Counted from the stretch's first letter, positions 1-7,931 are shown. The stretch: DNA of 60,381 bases from Candidatus Kaiserbacteria bacterium RIFCSPLOWO2_12_FULL_50_10 (GCA_001783515.1 MFMN01000004.1:1-60381); one strand, 5' to 3'. A program made the numbers and translations. The notes: generated by a model from the sequence alone, not told the origin.

Positions 1-567
1 ATTTTGCGTCAAGATCCTGACATTATCATGGTGGGTGAAATGCGCGACTTGGAAGTGTCAGAAACCGTGGTGCATGCAGCGCTCACGGGGCACCTTGTAT
101 TCTCGACCTTGCACACCAACAGCGCAATCGGTGCCATTCCGCGCCTTATCGACATGGGCATTGAGCCGTCGATTATCGGGAGCTCATTTAACCTCATGCT
201 CGGGCAGCGCCTCACGCGAAGACTTTGTCCGCATTGCAAGAAGGTGCGCCAGGCAACCCCCGACGAACAAAAACTTATCATGCGCGTCCTCGGTACCGCA
301 CCCGCATCAACAGAAATCTACGATGCGGTTGGCTGCGACAAGTGTGGTATGAGTGGCTACAAGGGGCGTATCGGTATTTACGAAGCCGTTCGTATGACGC
401 ACGACCTTGTGCCCCACATTCGCAAGGGAATCAGCGAAGAAGAAATCATCGAACTCGTGAAGCCGCAAGGCATTCCGTCGATGCAGCAAGATGGGATGAT
501 GAAAGTGCTTGCCGGAGTAACCTCACTCGACGAGCTCGAACGTGTCGTTGACCTTTACGCAGCGTAG
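1..567 (+). CDS. pilB: Type IV pilus / T2SS assembly ATPase, PilB/GspE family (C-terminal part; 5' end outside window)
   Basis: ORF open from base 1 to TAG 565-567. It has [12 protein letters not shown] and [12 protein letters not shown] ATPase boxes and a CPHC...CDKC tetracysteine motif typical of GspE/PilB. Confidence 0.9.
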   Translation: MLRQDPDIIMVGEMRDLEVSETVVHAALTGHLVFSTLHTNSAIGAIPRLIDMGIEPSIIGSSFNLMLGQRLTRRLCPHCKKVRQATPDEQKLIMRVLGTAPASTEIYDAVGCDKCGMSGYKGRIGIYEAVRMTHDLVPHIRKGISEEEIIELVKPQGIPSMQQDGMMKVLAGVTSLDELERVVDLYAA

Positions 568-601
568 GCTTGTCCACAGCACGTATTTCGTCAACGTGCG
601 C

Positions 602-607
602 TATACT
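602..607 (+). promoter_or_regulatory. -10 box TATACT, 6 nt before pilT ATG (predicted leaderless start)
   Basis: gcTATACTgctcctATG; no SD between box and ATG 614. Confidence 0.5.
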
Positions 608-613
608 GCTCCT

Positions 614-1684
614 ATGAATCCCGTCAACTATACGAACGTTCTGCACGACCTTTTAAATATAGTCGTGCATGAGAATGCATCCGATATTCACCTCTCTGTC
701 GGTGCACACCCAACGGTGCGCATCAATGGCACGCTCGTGCCTGTCGACAAACACCCCGTCCTTACTGAAGAAGACGTCCAAGGCATGCTCCGCGCGATGG
801 TGCAGCCTGCACAAGAGCAGCGTTTTGCCGAAACAAACGAGCTCGATATTGCCTACAGTATGCCGGACGGCTCGCGTTTTCGCGTCAATGCATTTGTCGC
901 GCAAGGCGCCGTCGGCATCGTCATGCGATACATCCCGAACGTCATTAAAAACTTTGATGAACTCGGTTTGCCGCCAGTCCTTGAAACATTCACCCAGCGC
1001 AAGCAAGGGCTCTTCCTTGTGGTAGGGCCAGTTGGGCAAGGGAAGACCTCAACGCTCGCTGCAATGATCGAGCGCATCAACGAGACCCGCAATGCGCACA
1101 TCATGACTATCGAGGATCCTGTTGAGTTTCTCTATGCGCCAAAGAAGGCACACATCAATCAACGTGAAGTGCGTGTTGACACCGTAGATTTCCCGTCGGG
1201 ACTCAATGCTGCGCTCCGCCAAGACATCAACGTGCTCTTGGTGGGTGAAATGCGCGGGCTCGAAGCAATCTCGACAACCATCACCGCCGCAGAAACAGGG
1301 CACCTCGTTTTTGCAACGCTCCACACGAACAGCGCCGCCCAAACCATCGACCGTATCATCGACTCATTCCCCGCAAATCAGCAGGATCAAATACGCCTCC
1401 AGCTCTCAACGTCGCTCATCGGTGTACTTTCGCAGCGCCTCTTGCCGCGCATACAGGGCGGACGCGTGCCAGTCTGTGAGCTTTTGGTAAACACCACCGC
1501 GGTTGCAAATCTTATTCGTGAGCGTCGCACCCACGAAATCCGCACTGCCATTGAAACAGGTTCAGAATTCGGCATGATCGACATGAATCGCGCGCTTGTT
1601 GACCTTGTGCATCATGGTGAGATTACCGTAGAAACAGCCTATGCTAATTCACCCGACCCACGTGTATTGGAGCGATTATTCTAG
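614..1684 (+). CDS. pilT: Twitching-motility retraction ATPase PilT
   Basis: 356 aa with Walker A GPVGQGKTST, LLVGEMRG and TGHLVFATLHTNSA boxes at PilT-like length. Start moved to ATG 614 from the GTG 542 given in the ORF track. Confidence 0.9.
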   Translation: MNPVNYTNVLHDLLNIVVHENASDIHLSVGAHPTVRINGTLVPVDKHPVLTEEDVQGMLRAMVQPAQEQRFAETNELDIAYSMPDGSRFRVNAFVAQGAVGIVMRYIPNVIKNFDELGLPPVLETFTQRKQGLFLVVGPVGQGKTSTLAAMIERINETRNAHIMTIEDPVEFLYAPKKAHINQREVRVDTVDFPSGLNAALRQDINVLLVGEMRGLEAISTTITAAETGHLVFATLHTNSAAQTIDRIIDSFPANQQDQIRLQLSTSLIGVLSQRLLPRIQGGRVPVCELLVNTTAVANLIRERRTHEIRTAIETGSEFGMIDMNRALVDLVHHGEITVETAYANSPDPRVLERLF

Positions 1685-1687
1685 CGG

Positions 1688-1807
1688 TTCTTCCAAAATG
1701 AGCGAATTTGCATTGACTTCACAGATGTTTCGTCCTCACCGTACCTAGGTACGGCTCCGGCGAAAATCTGCTCCAGTCAAAGCAACTTCATCTCATTTTG
1801 AAAGAAG
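1688..1807 (+). repeat. Family A long-hairpin repeat, copy A1 (pilT-pilC spacer)
   Basis: ttcttccaaaatgagcgaatttgcattgact...ccgtacctaggtacgg...agtcaaagcaacttcatctcattttgaaagaag. The arms are imperfect inverted repeats, and the element starts 4 nt after the pilT stop. Confidence 0.85.
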
Positions 1808-1847
1808 TACAAGGTAAGGGGTGAGAGAGACCACATTTTAAAATCAT

Positions 1848-3056
1848 ATGTTATTTGAATACAACGCAAAAGACGCACAAGGCGACGAGAAAAACGGCAC
1901 GATTGATTCGCTCAATATGGAGACCGCAATGAACACGCTCCGCATGCGCGGTGTTGGGGTGATTTCGATTGCGCCAATTGCTGAACAAAAAGGTGTGTTT
2001 GCACAACACATCACGATGTTTGACCGCGTCTCTATGAAGGAGCTTGTGATCACCTCACAGCAAATCTCAACACTCGCAAACGCACAAGTTTCCGCGCTGC
2101 GTATCTTTCAACTCCTCGCAATGCAGATACAGAACAAGTATTTTGCCGGCATTCTCGAAAACGTTGCAAAGGATTTGCAAAGCGGAAGCTCCATTTCCCG
2201 CGCGCTTGCACATTTCCCGCGCGTCTTTTCGCCTTTTTACGTAAACATCGTCAAAGCAGGCGAAGAATCAGGTACGCTTTCAAATTCTTTTTCTTACCTT
2301 GCCGAGTATCTCGACCGCAACTATGAAATCGTCTCAAAAGTTCGCGGCGCGCTCATTTACCCAATCTTCGTTATCTCGACCTTTTTCCTCGTGATGGCGC
2401 TCATGCTCACGCTCGTGATTCCAAAAATCACTGAGATTCTTCTTGAGGCTGGCGGCGAACTCCCGATTTATACAAAAATCGTGATCTGGATTTCGGACTT
2501 CATGCGCAACTATTTCGGGCTCATTGGCGTCGTCCTTATAGCGGGAGGCTTCTTCTTCTGGCGATGGTCAGAAACAGAAACAGGAAAGCGCGCCGTTGAT
2601 GAGGCAAAGCTCTCGATTCCGATCATCGGTAACTTGTATCACAAGCTCTACCTCACGCGCATTTGTGACAACCTTTCAACCATGCTCACCTCGGGGCTCA
2701 CCATGCTCCAATCGCTCGAAATCACCGCAGAGATTCTCGAAAACGTTGTGTATCGAGAAGCACTCGAGCATGTCATCATTGACGTACGTGCAGGGAAGTC
2801 GCTCTCAGATTCTATGAGCAGCCAAGAAATCCTCCCGCCAATTCTCGTACAAATGACGAAGGTCGGCGAAGAAACCGGCGCGCTCGGCGATATTCTCGTC
2901 ACACTCTCCGCGTTCTACCGCCGCGAAGTGCAAACAGCTGTTGCAGCCGTTATCTCGCTCATCGAGCCGGCTATGATTGTGCTTTTGGGATTGGGTGTGG
3001 GTGTCCTTATTGCATCGGTGCTGCTCCCAATCTACAACCTAACTGGAGCCTTCTAA
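1848..3056 (+). CDS. pilC: Type IV pilus assembly platform protein PilC (GspF family)
   Basis: 402 aa with two GspF-type repeats, three predicted TM segments, and pilB-pilT-pilC synteny. Confidence 0.9.
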   Translation: MLFEYNAKDAQGDEKNGTIDSLNMETAMNTLRMRGVGVISIAPIAEQKGVFAQHITMFDRVSMKELVITSQQISTLANAQVSALRIFQLLAMQIQNKYFAGILENVAKDLQSGSSISRALAHFPRVFSPFYVNIVKAGEESGTLSNSFSYLAEYLDRNYEIVSKVRGALIYPIFVISTFFLVMALMLTLVIPKITEILLEAGGELPIYTKIVIWISDFMRNYFGLIGVVLIAGGFFFWRWSETETGKRAVDEAKLSIPIIGNLYHKLYLTRICDNLSTMLTSGLTMLQSLEITAEILENVVYREALEHVIIDVRAGKSLSDSMSSQEILPPILVQMTKVGEETGALGDILVTLSAFYRREVQTAVAAVISLIEPAMIVLLGLGVGVLIASVLLPIYNLTGAF

Positions 3057-3058
3057 AA

Positions 3059-3177
3059 ATTCTTCCAAAATTGGTGAATTTGCATTGGTTTCAGCCGTTC
3101 GCTTCTCACCGTACTTGGGTACGGCTCCTGCGCTCGCTCCTTCCAACCAACGCAACTTCACTCAATTTTAAAAGAAT
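3059..3177 (+). repeat. Family A long-hairpin repeat, copy A2 (after pilC stop)
   Basis: attcttccaaaattggtgaatttgcattggtt...ccgtacttgggtacgg...aaccaacgcaacttcactcaattttaaaagaat; starts 3 nt after the stop. Confidence 0.85.
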
Positions 3178-3185
3178 TTACAGCA

Positions 3186-3290
3186 CGGCTTCTTCGCTTT
3201 CTTCTTCCGGCTGGCGCGCCTGCATCCCATTTTGAAAGAAATCGATTGCATTAGATAGTGTTGTGAACGAATCCGATTGCTTTATATTGC
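3186..3290. repeat. Scrambled partial copies of family A arms
   Basis: gcatcccattttgaaagaaatcg resembles the A 3' arm. gattgcattag and gaacgaatccgat resemble pieces of copy A4. Confidence 0.5.
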
Positions 3291-3321
3291 GTGGATTTAT
3301 GTAGGGAGTAATCTAAAACAA

Positions 3322-3357
3322 GACGTGTGACTTTTGTCAGGAAGGATGGGATCCAGG
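3322..3357. repeat. Solo terminal inverted repeat of family B element
   Basis: gacgtgtgacttttgtcaggaaggatgggatccagg matches the right ends of B1 (16517-16552) and B3; no partner left end nearby. Confidence 0.7.
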
Positions 3358-3420
3358 CGTTAGGGCGTGGGCGCCGGTCTACTAAAGGAACGTAAGTTAT
3401 TCGGCGCGCCTGCGCATGTA

Positions 3421-3449
3421 TTGACAATATCGAGATAATATGCCATTAT
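3421..3449 (+). promoter_or_regulatory. Sigma70-type promoter TTGACA-N17-CATTAT
   Basis: TTGACA 3421-3426 and CATTAT 3444-3449, upstream of ORF 3529. Confidence 0.55.
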
Positions 3450-3528
3450 ATTTGAGTTCGTTCCTTGGACTTTCGCAACACATTGCGAATGATTCTCATT
3501 TTCTATCACCTTCCCTAGGGAGTGTCTT

Positions 3529-3738
3529 ATGATCCGATTTAAAACCCTCGTTGCGTTTTTCGTCATTCTGTTTTTGGCAACTACTGTTGGAAAACAGATT
3601 CAGGTCCCCGGCGTTTCGGAGCTTGCAGTGAGCTTGACTGCCCTGGTGGTCTTTTGCGGGCTGTATGTCATGATGTCCGTCGACAAGATCGAGAGCGATC
3701 TCGACATCATCAAAAAGCAGCTCGAGTCCCGCAAGTAG
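3529..3738 (+). CDS. Small two-TM membrane protein, unknown function
   Basis: 69 aa with SD gggag 6 nt before the ATG, two hydrophobic helices, and its own terminator downstream. Confidence 0.6.
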   Translation: MIRFKTLVAFFVILFLATTVGKQIQVPGVSELAVSLTALVVFCGLYVMMSVDKIESDLDIIKKQLESRK

Positions 3739-3762
3739 CGCGACGAGTGAGCGTTCACAAAG

Positions 3763-3788
3763 CACCTCAGCAATGAGGTGTTTATTTT
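3763..3788 (+). terminator. Intrinsic terminator
   Basis: cacctca-gcaa-tgaggtg followed by tttatttt. Confidence 0.8.
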
Positions 3789-3855
3789 GTGCTGGTAGCG
3801 GGTAAAACTCTGTGGATGTAACAGGAAAAAAAAGGGGGTGCAGCGTTGGCTGATA

Positions 3856-3884
3856 TTGACAAAATGTACTATTATCTGTATAGT
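3856..3884 (+). promoter_or_regulatory. Sigma70-type promoter TTGACA-N17-TATAGT
   Basis: TTGACA 3856-3861 and TATAGT 3879-3884. Confidence 0.7.
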
Positions 3885-3935
3885 AGTACACGTTAGTCCT
3901 TCTTTTTTGTTCCAAACTTTCTACGGAGATCCATC

Positions 3936-4352
3936 ATGATCAAGTTTTTCATCGCTGTCCTCGTTGCCCTTGCCGTTGCTTCCCCAGCATCGGCGCAGAG
4001 TGCGGGGAAGTGGTCCGCTGTCGCTTTCTACGACATTCCTACGGACATCAAGTACAACTACGTCGCGCGAAATGTGAACGTTAGGACGGCACCCATGATT
4101 TGGCTCGATGTGAGCTCCTTCAAGAAGATGGCGCCTTCGAACCGTGTCTTTCTCAGTGGTCAGGACATGTGCCGGTATGGCGGTCCCCAGGGCACATCGT
4201 TCTATTTGAACTACTACTACTTCCTGGACGGGGTGGCCTATGGCACCTCCATCGACCTTGCGGATGAGGTCAGAACGATCTATGTCAAAAGGCCGAATGC
4301 CATTTGTGTAATCGAGGATAACAAGATCCTGATCAAGGTCTTCAAACAGTAA
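3936..4352 (+). CDS. Secreted protein, unknown function (signal peptide ...ASPASA/QS)
   Basis: 138 aa with SD ggag 7 nt before the ATG and an N-terminal signal peptide MIKFFIAVLVALAVASPASA. Confidence 0.7.
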   Translation: MIKFFIAVLVALAVASPASAQSAGKWSAVAFYDIPTDIKYNYVARNVNVRTAPMIWLDVSSFKKMAPSNRVFLSGQDMCRYGGPQGTSFYLNYYYFLDGVAYGTSIDLADEVRTIYVKRPNAICVIEDNKILIKVFKQ

Positions 4353-4376
4353 GTCGACCTCACGGCGACCGAAACC

Positions 4377-4402
4377 AAAAACGCGAGCATGCTCGCGTTT
4401 TT
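4377..4402 (+). terminator. Intrinsic terminator
   Basis: aaaaacgcgagc-at-gctcgcgttttt, a perfect palindrome with a T-run. Confidence 0.85.
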
Positions 4403-4433
4403 ACATGCCATACAAACCTGTGAACGGAGGAGC

Positions 4434-4462
4434 TTGACAAGACATGTATTATATGCAACAAT
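4434..4462 (+). promoter_or_regulatory. Sigma70-type promoter TTGACA-N17-AACAAT
   Basis: TTGACA 4434-4439 and a weak -10 at 4457-4462. Confidence 0.45.
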
Positions 4463-4525
4463 GTGCGTTGACAGTTGTTCTTTTCGTATCTGTCGCACCT
4501 CGCAACCTTCCTTTTGGAGAATGTC

Positions 4526-5056
4526 ATGACCACTGCTTCCTGCAAGTCTTCCTCGTCTTTTGTCCAGAACCTCGTCGTCTTTCTGATTCTCGGGCTGGCC
4601 AGCTATGCGGTCGTTCAGTCCGCTTCCCATCTCCGCTGGGGTAACTCCGCGGCGGCAAGGGTCGCGGACATGATCTACGGCCCTTCGGAGAAGGAGCTTC
4701 AGGCGCTCTTCCAAAAGGAGTACCTGGACAGCAACCCCGACCGCGCCGGACTGAAAATCACTTCCTTCAAAAAGGAGGTCGGTGAAAAAACAGGCCCGGA
4801 CAACGCCTTCTACGAGGCACGCTTCACCGCCGTGCTGGAATCCGACAAGGAGTTCTACGTCGCCCACTATCGCTTCGGCTATACGGGGATCCAGACGGAG
4901 CCGTGCGGAATCTGTGAGAAGGTGACTGTTCGCGATCGCGTTATCGCGCAAGGATACTACGAACTCCAGAAACGCGCCGACACCGGCTGGGAGCGTCATC
5001 AAGTCCCGGGGTACGACTACAACGGCCGCACTAACCTCACGGTTGCCCCGCGCTAA
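4526..5056 (+). CDS. N-terminally membrane-anchored protein, unknown function
   Basis: 176 aa from ATG 4526 with SD ggaga 5 nt upstream and one TM helix (FVQNLVVFLILGLASYAVV). The track start at 4475 was rejected. Confidence 0.65.
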   Translation: MTTASCKSSSSFVQNLVVFLILGLASYAVVQSASHLRWGNSAAARVADMIYGPSEKELQALFQKEYLDSNPDRAGLKITSFKKEVGEKTGPDNAFYEARFTAVLESDKEFYVAHYRFGYTGIQTEPCGICEKVTVRDRVIAQGYYELQKRADTGWERHQVPGYDYNGRTNLTVAPR

Positions 5057-5078
5057 CGACGGACTTGTTCCCCTTTTT

Positions 5079-5108
5079 GACCCTTCGCATTGCGGAGGGT
5101 CTTTCTTT
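5079..5108 (+). terminator. Intrinsic terminator
   Basis: gacccttcgca-t-tgcggagggtc followed by tttcttt. Confidence 0.85.
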
Positions 5109-5126
5109 GCTGGTGTGCGGAGTCGA

Positions 5127-5155
5127 TTGACATTGCGGTGGTTTCGTGGTTAGAT
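5127..5155 (+). promoter_or_regulatory. Sigma70-type promoter TTGACA-N17-TTAGAT
   Basis: TTGACA 5127-5132 and TTAGAT 5150-5155. Confidence 0.6.
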
Positions 5156-5204
5156 TTCGGTATCTTGTTTTTTTGTTGTGTAATCTCTTACTAGGAGTTT
5201 GAAC

Positions 5205-5939
5205 ATGGACGGTACAACGGATGTTGTGTTTCCGGGGATGGTTGTCGTGGAGACTCGTGAAAGCGAGGCGTACGACACCGAAATTGGCGTCGTCGTATAT
5301 GACGGTATTGAGTTCGAGACCGTGCGTCTTCGCTCGAAAAGCATGCCGCAAGGGCAGTTTGTGGTGAAGTCCGTCGTTCGCGACGGCGTCACGCTGTGGA
5401 GTCACGATGACTGTGGTTTTCGCGGCGTCGCACTTCTCGCGATGACGCATGACGGCCCGGTCATTGCGCTTTGCAGCAATTACCACGTGCAGCGCATTGT
5501 GCCCTTTGTGCACCGTGAACATCACGATGACATCGTGGACTTCGCAGAACTCAAGGGTGAGGCTGGGAAATTCCTCGACCTCAAAGTCTGGTATACGAAT
5601 AATGAGCGTCGCGCTCAAGTGTATGAGCGCGAAATCATTCGCCTCGGTGAAGCCGAGCGAAAGCAGCGCGCACACCAAGAGGACGAGGAAGCGCGGGCGG
5701 CAATGCTCGCTCGCATCTCGAAGCGCGGGTACATCTCGGTGAAAACCGACAAAGGTATGCCAGAGCGTGGTGTCCCTCTGGGGCAAAACGAGGACTGGAG
5801 TAAGTTCCCGCCGATGGTGCGCGCTATTCTTGTCGAGGATCTCAAGCGTCCTCACGAAACGGCCCTCGAGGTCTTCGAGGTGCGCAAAAGCGTTTGCGGC
5901 AAGACCGAGCGTCACCACGTCCAGCAAGTCGCGAGGTGA
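5205..5939 (+). CDS. Cytoplasmic protein, unknown function
   Basis: 244 aa from ATG 5205 with SD aggag 7 nt upstream; no TM segment or signal peptide. The antisense 304-aa ORF has no expression signals. Confidence 0.65.
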   Translation: MDGTTDVVFPGMVVVETRESEAYDTEIGVVVYDGIEFETVRLRSKSMPQGQFVVKSVVRDGVTLWSHDDCGFRGVALLAMTHDGPVIALCSNYHVQRIVPFVHREHHDDIVDFAELKGEAGKFLDLKVWYTNNERRAQVYEREIIRLGEAERKQRAHQEDEEARAAMLARISKRGYISVKTDKGMPERGVPLGQNEDWSKFPPMVRAILVEDLKRPHETALEVFEVRKSVCGKTERHHVQQVAR

Positions 5940-5966
5940 AGCCTTGCGCAATCAGTTCATTTTTTT

Positions 5967-5995
5967 GCGACGTCTCCGGGCGTCGCTTTTCTTTT
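5967..5995 (+). terminator. Intrinsic terminator
   Basis: gcgacg-tctccggg-cgtcgc followed by ttttctttt. Confidence 0.8.
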
Positions 5996-6048
5996 GGTAA
6001 AAATTAAGTATAGTAGAGAAATTACTACATACACATAAAAAAATTCAT

Positions 6049-7311
6049 ATGTTATTTGATATTAAAGCAATCAGCGCGGCTATCGACGCGTTTGAAGAAG
6101 AAAAGGGTATTGACCGCGCCACCATGATAGGCGCAATCGAGTCGGCGCTTGCGACCGCGTACAAGCGCGAGTATGGCAAGAAGGGACAGATTGTCCGTTC
6201 GCATCTCGACATGAACACCGGCGCAACGAAGTTTGAGCAAATCAAAACCGTCGTTGACGAATCAACCGTGCGCATGGACGAAGAAGAGGAAGAAGTGCCA
6301 GCGCACTTGCAGGGCGACCGCCCGCGTTTTGATCGCAACGAAGAGGTCGTGGAATACAATGACGACGGTACCGTAAAGGTTCCTCGCTATGAGCCAGAAC
6401 GTCACCTCCTTATCCAAGCAGCGCGCCTTATCAAGAAGGACGTACAGCTCGGCGACGAACTTGTGTTCCCCCTCGATGCACCAGACGACGAGTTTGGTCG
6501 CATTGCGGCGCAGGCGGCGAAGCAGGTCGTGTTCCAGAAGGTGCGCGAAGCAGAGCGCGGTATTGCACTTCGTGACTTCTCCAGCAAGGAAGGCGAAATC
6601 ATTACGGGGCAAGTGCAGCGTTTCGAGCGTGGCAATCTCTTCATTGAGCTTGGTCGCGTTGTTGCGATTATGCCCTACGCAGAGCAGATTCCCGGCGAGC
6701 GCTACAAAACAGGCGACCGTATCACGGCACTTGTACTCTCGGTTGAAGAAGGTCCGCGCGGTGTATCGATTAAGCTTTCTCGTGCGCATCCAGATTTCCT
6801 CGTGAAGCTCTTTATGCGTGAAGTGCCAGAGCTCGCATCGGGTGCGGTTGTGGTAAAGGCTATTGCGCGCGAAGCAGGACAGCGTTCGAAGATTGCTGTT
6901 GCGGCAGAAGACCCAGGGCTCGACCCGGTTGGTGCGCTTATCGGCCAGCGTGGCGTGCGCGTTTCAGCAGTCACGGGTGAACTTTCAGGCGAACGTGTTG
7001 ACGTTATCGAATACCAAGCTGACCCTATCGACATGATCGAGGCAGCACTCGCGCCCGCACGTGTTGAAGATATTGAGATTCTCGAAGAAAATGAAGAGGG
7101 CGCGGTGATTCACGGACATGCACGAGTTATCGTTGCGCCGGATCAGCAGTCACTCGCTATCGGTCGCTCAGGACAAAACGTCCGCCTTGCGGCAAAGCTC
7201 ATTAACTGGAAGATTGATATTGAGTCATCGGAACAAGAAGAGCCTGAAGAAGAAACTGGAGAAACAGAAATGCAGGAGGCTATCGACGATATTGTCGATG
7301 GAAAAGAATAA
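6049..7311 (+). CDS. nusA: Transcription termination/antitermination factor NusA
   Basis: 420 aa with an N-terminal NusA domain (IESALATAYKREYG), an S1 domain (GEIITGQVQRFERGNLFIELG), two KH domains (GQRGVRV, GRSGQNVRLA) and an acidic tail. Confidence 0.92.
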   Translation: MLFDIKAISAAIDAFEEEKGIDRATMIGAIESALATAYKREYGKKGQIVRSHLDMNTGATKFEQIKTVVDESTVRMDEEEEEVPAHLQGDRPRFDRNEEVVEYNDDGTVKVPRYEPERHLLIQAARLIKKDVQLGDELVFPLDAPDDEFGRIAAQAAKQVVFQKVREAERGIALRDFSSKEGEIITGQVQRFERGNLFIELGRVVAIMPYAEQIPGERYKTGDRITALVLSVEEGPRGVSIKLSRAHPDFLVKLFMREVPELASGAVVVKAIAREAGQRSKIAVAAEDPGLDPVGALIGQRGVRVSAVTGELSGERVDVIEYQADPIDMIEAALAPARVEDIEILEENEEGAVIHGHARVIVAPDQQSLAIGRSGQNVRLAAKLINWKIDIESSEQEEPEEETGETEMQEAIDDIVDGKE

Positions 7312-7339
7312 TTCCTTATACAAATCAGTAACTATACGT

Positions 7340-7861
7340 ATGAACCTACTACACGATATTGCGGCAGGGACCGCAGATGAAATGAATGTTATCATCGAAA
7401 TCCCAAAGTTTTCAAAGAACAAGTACGAAATCGACAAAAAGACCGGCATTATCGCGCTTGACCGCGTGATGCACTCGGCGCAGGATTACCCATTCGACTA
7501 CGGCTTCGTACCGCAGACACACTGGCACGATGGTGACGCGCTCGACGTCGTGGTACTCACGACCTACCCGCTCCACCCGGGCATTCTCGTCCGCGTACGG
7601 CCAGTCGCGATTATGGATATGGTTGACGGTGGCGAGAACGACAATAAAGTCATTGCCGTCCCCGTTGAAGACCCACGTTTTGACGGCGTAAAGGACCTTG
7701 TCGACGTCAATCCCCACACGCTCAAAGAAATCGAACACTTCTTTGCAACGTACAAAAAAGTACAGAACAAGAGTGTTGAGGTTGGCGGTTTCCGCAACGC
7801 ACAAGCAGCAAAGGAGGCTTTTGCTGAAGCATGCGCGCTCTATACGACAAAGCAAGCATAA
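7340..7861 (+). CDS. ppa: Inorganic pyrophosphatase, family I
   Basis: 173 aa from ATG 7340 with motifs EIPKFSKNKYEIDK, YPFDYGFVPQT and DGDALDVVVL. Confidence 0.92.
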   Translation: MNLLHDIAAGTADEMNVIIEIPKFSKNKYEIDKKTGIIALDRVMHSAQDYPFDYGFVPQTHWHDGDALDVVVLTTYPLHPGILVRVRPVAIMDMVDGGENDNKVIAVPVEDPRFDGVKDLVDVNPHTLKEIEHFFATYKKVQNKSVEVGGFRNAQAAKEAFAEACALYTTKQA

Positions 7862-7867
7862 TACGAT

Positions 7868-7892
7868 AACGCGGCACGAACGGTGCCGCGTT
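7868..7892 (+). terminator. Terminator-like hairpin after ppa
   Basis: aacgcggcac-gaacg-gtgccgcgtt; weak T tract. Confidence 0.5.
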
Positions 7893-7919
7893 ATATTATG
7901 CGAAATGCCAACTTAGCGG

Positions 7920-7925
7920 TATAGT
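7920..7925 (+). promoter_or_regulatory. -10 box TATAGT, 6 nt before ATG 7932 (leaderless)
   Basis: cggTATAGTtcctctATG. Confidence 0.5.
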
Positions 7926-7931
7926 TCCTCT

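Noticed and set aside
4280-5002. 240-aa minus-strand ORF opposite 4526-5056
   Set aside because: For the same reason. It is a shadow of a plus-strand gene with clear signals, and it crosses the terminator at 4377-4402 and the 3' end of the upstream gene.
5037-5951. 304-aa minus-strand ORF covering the whole of 5205-5939
   Set aside because: It is antisense to an ORF that has a TTGACA-N17-TTAGAT promoter, an aggag SD and a terminator. The minus ORF has none of these, runs through the plus-strand terminators, and has the R/H/L-rich composition typical of a shadow ORF in GC-rich coding DNA.
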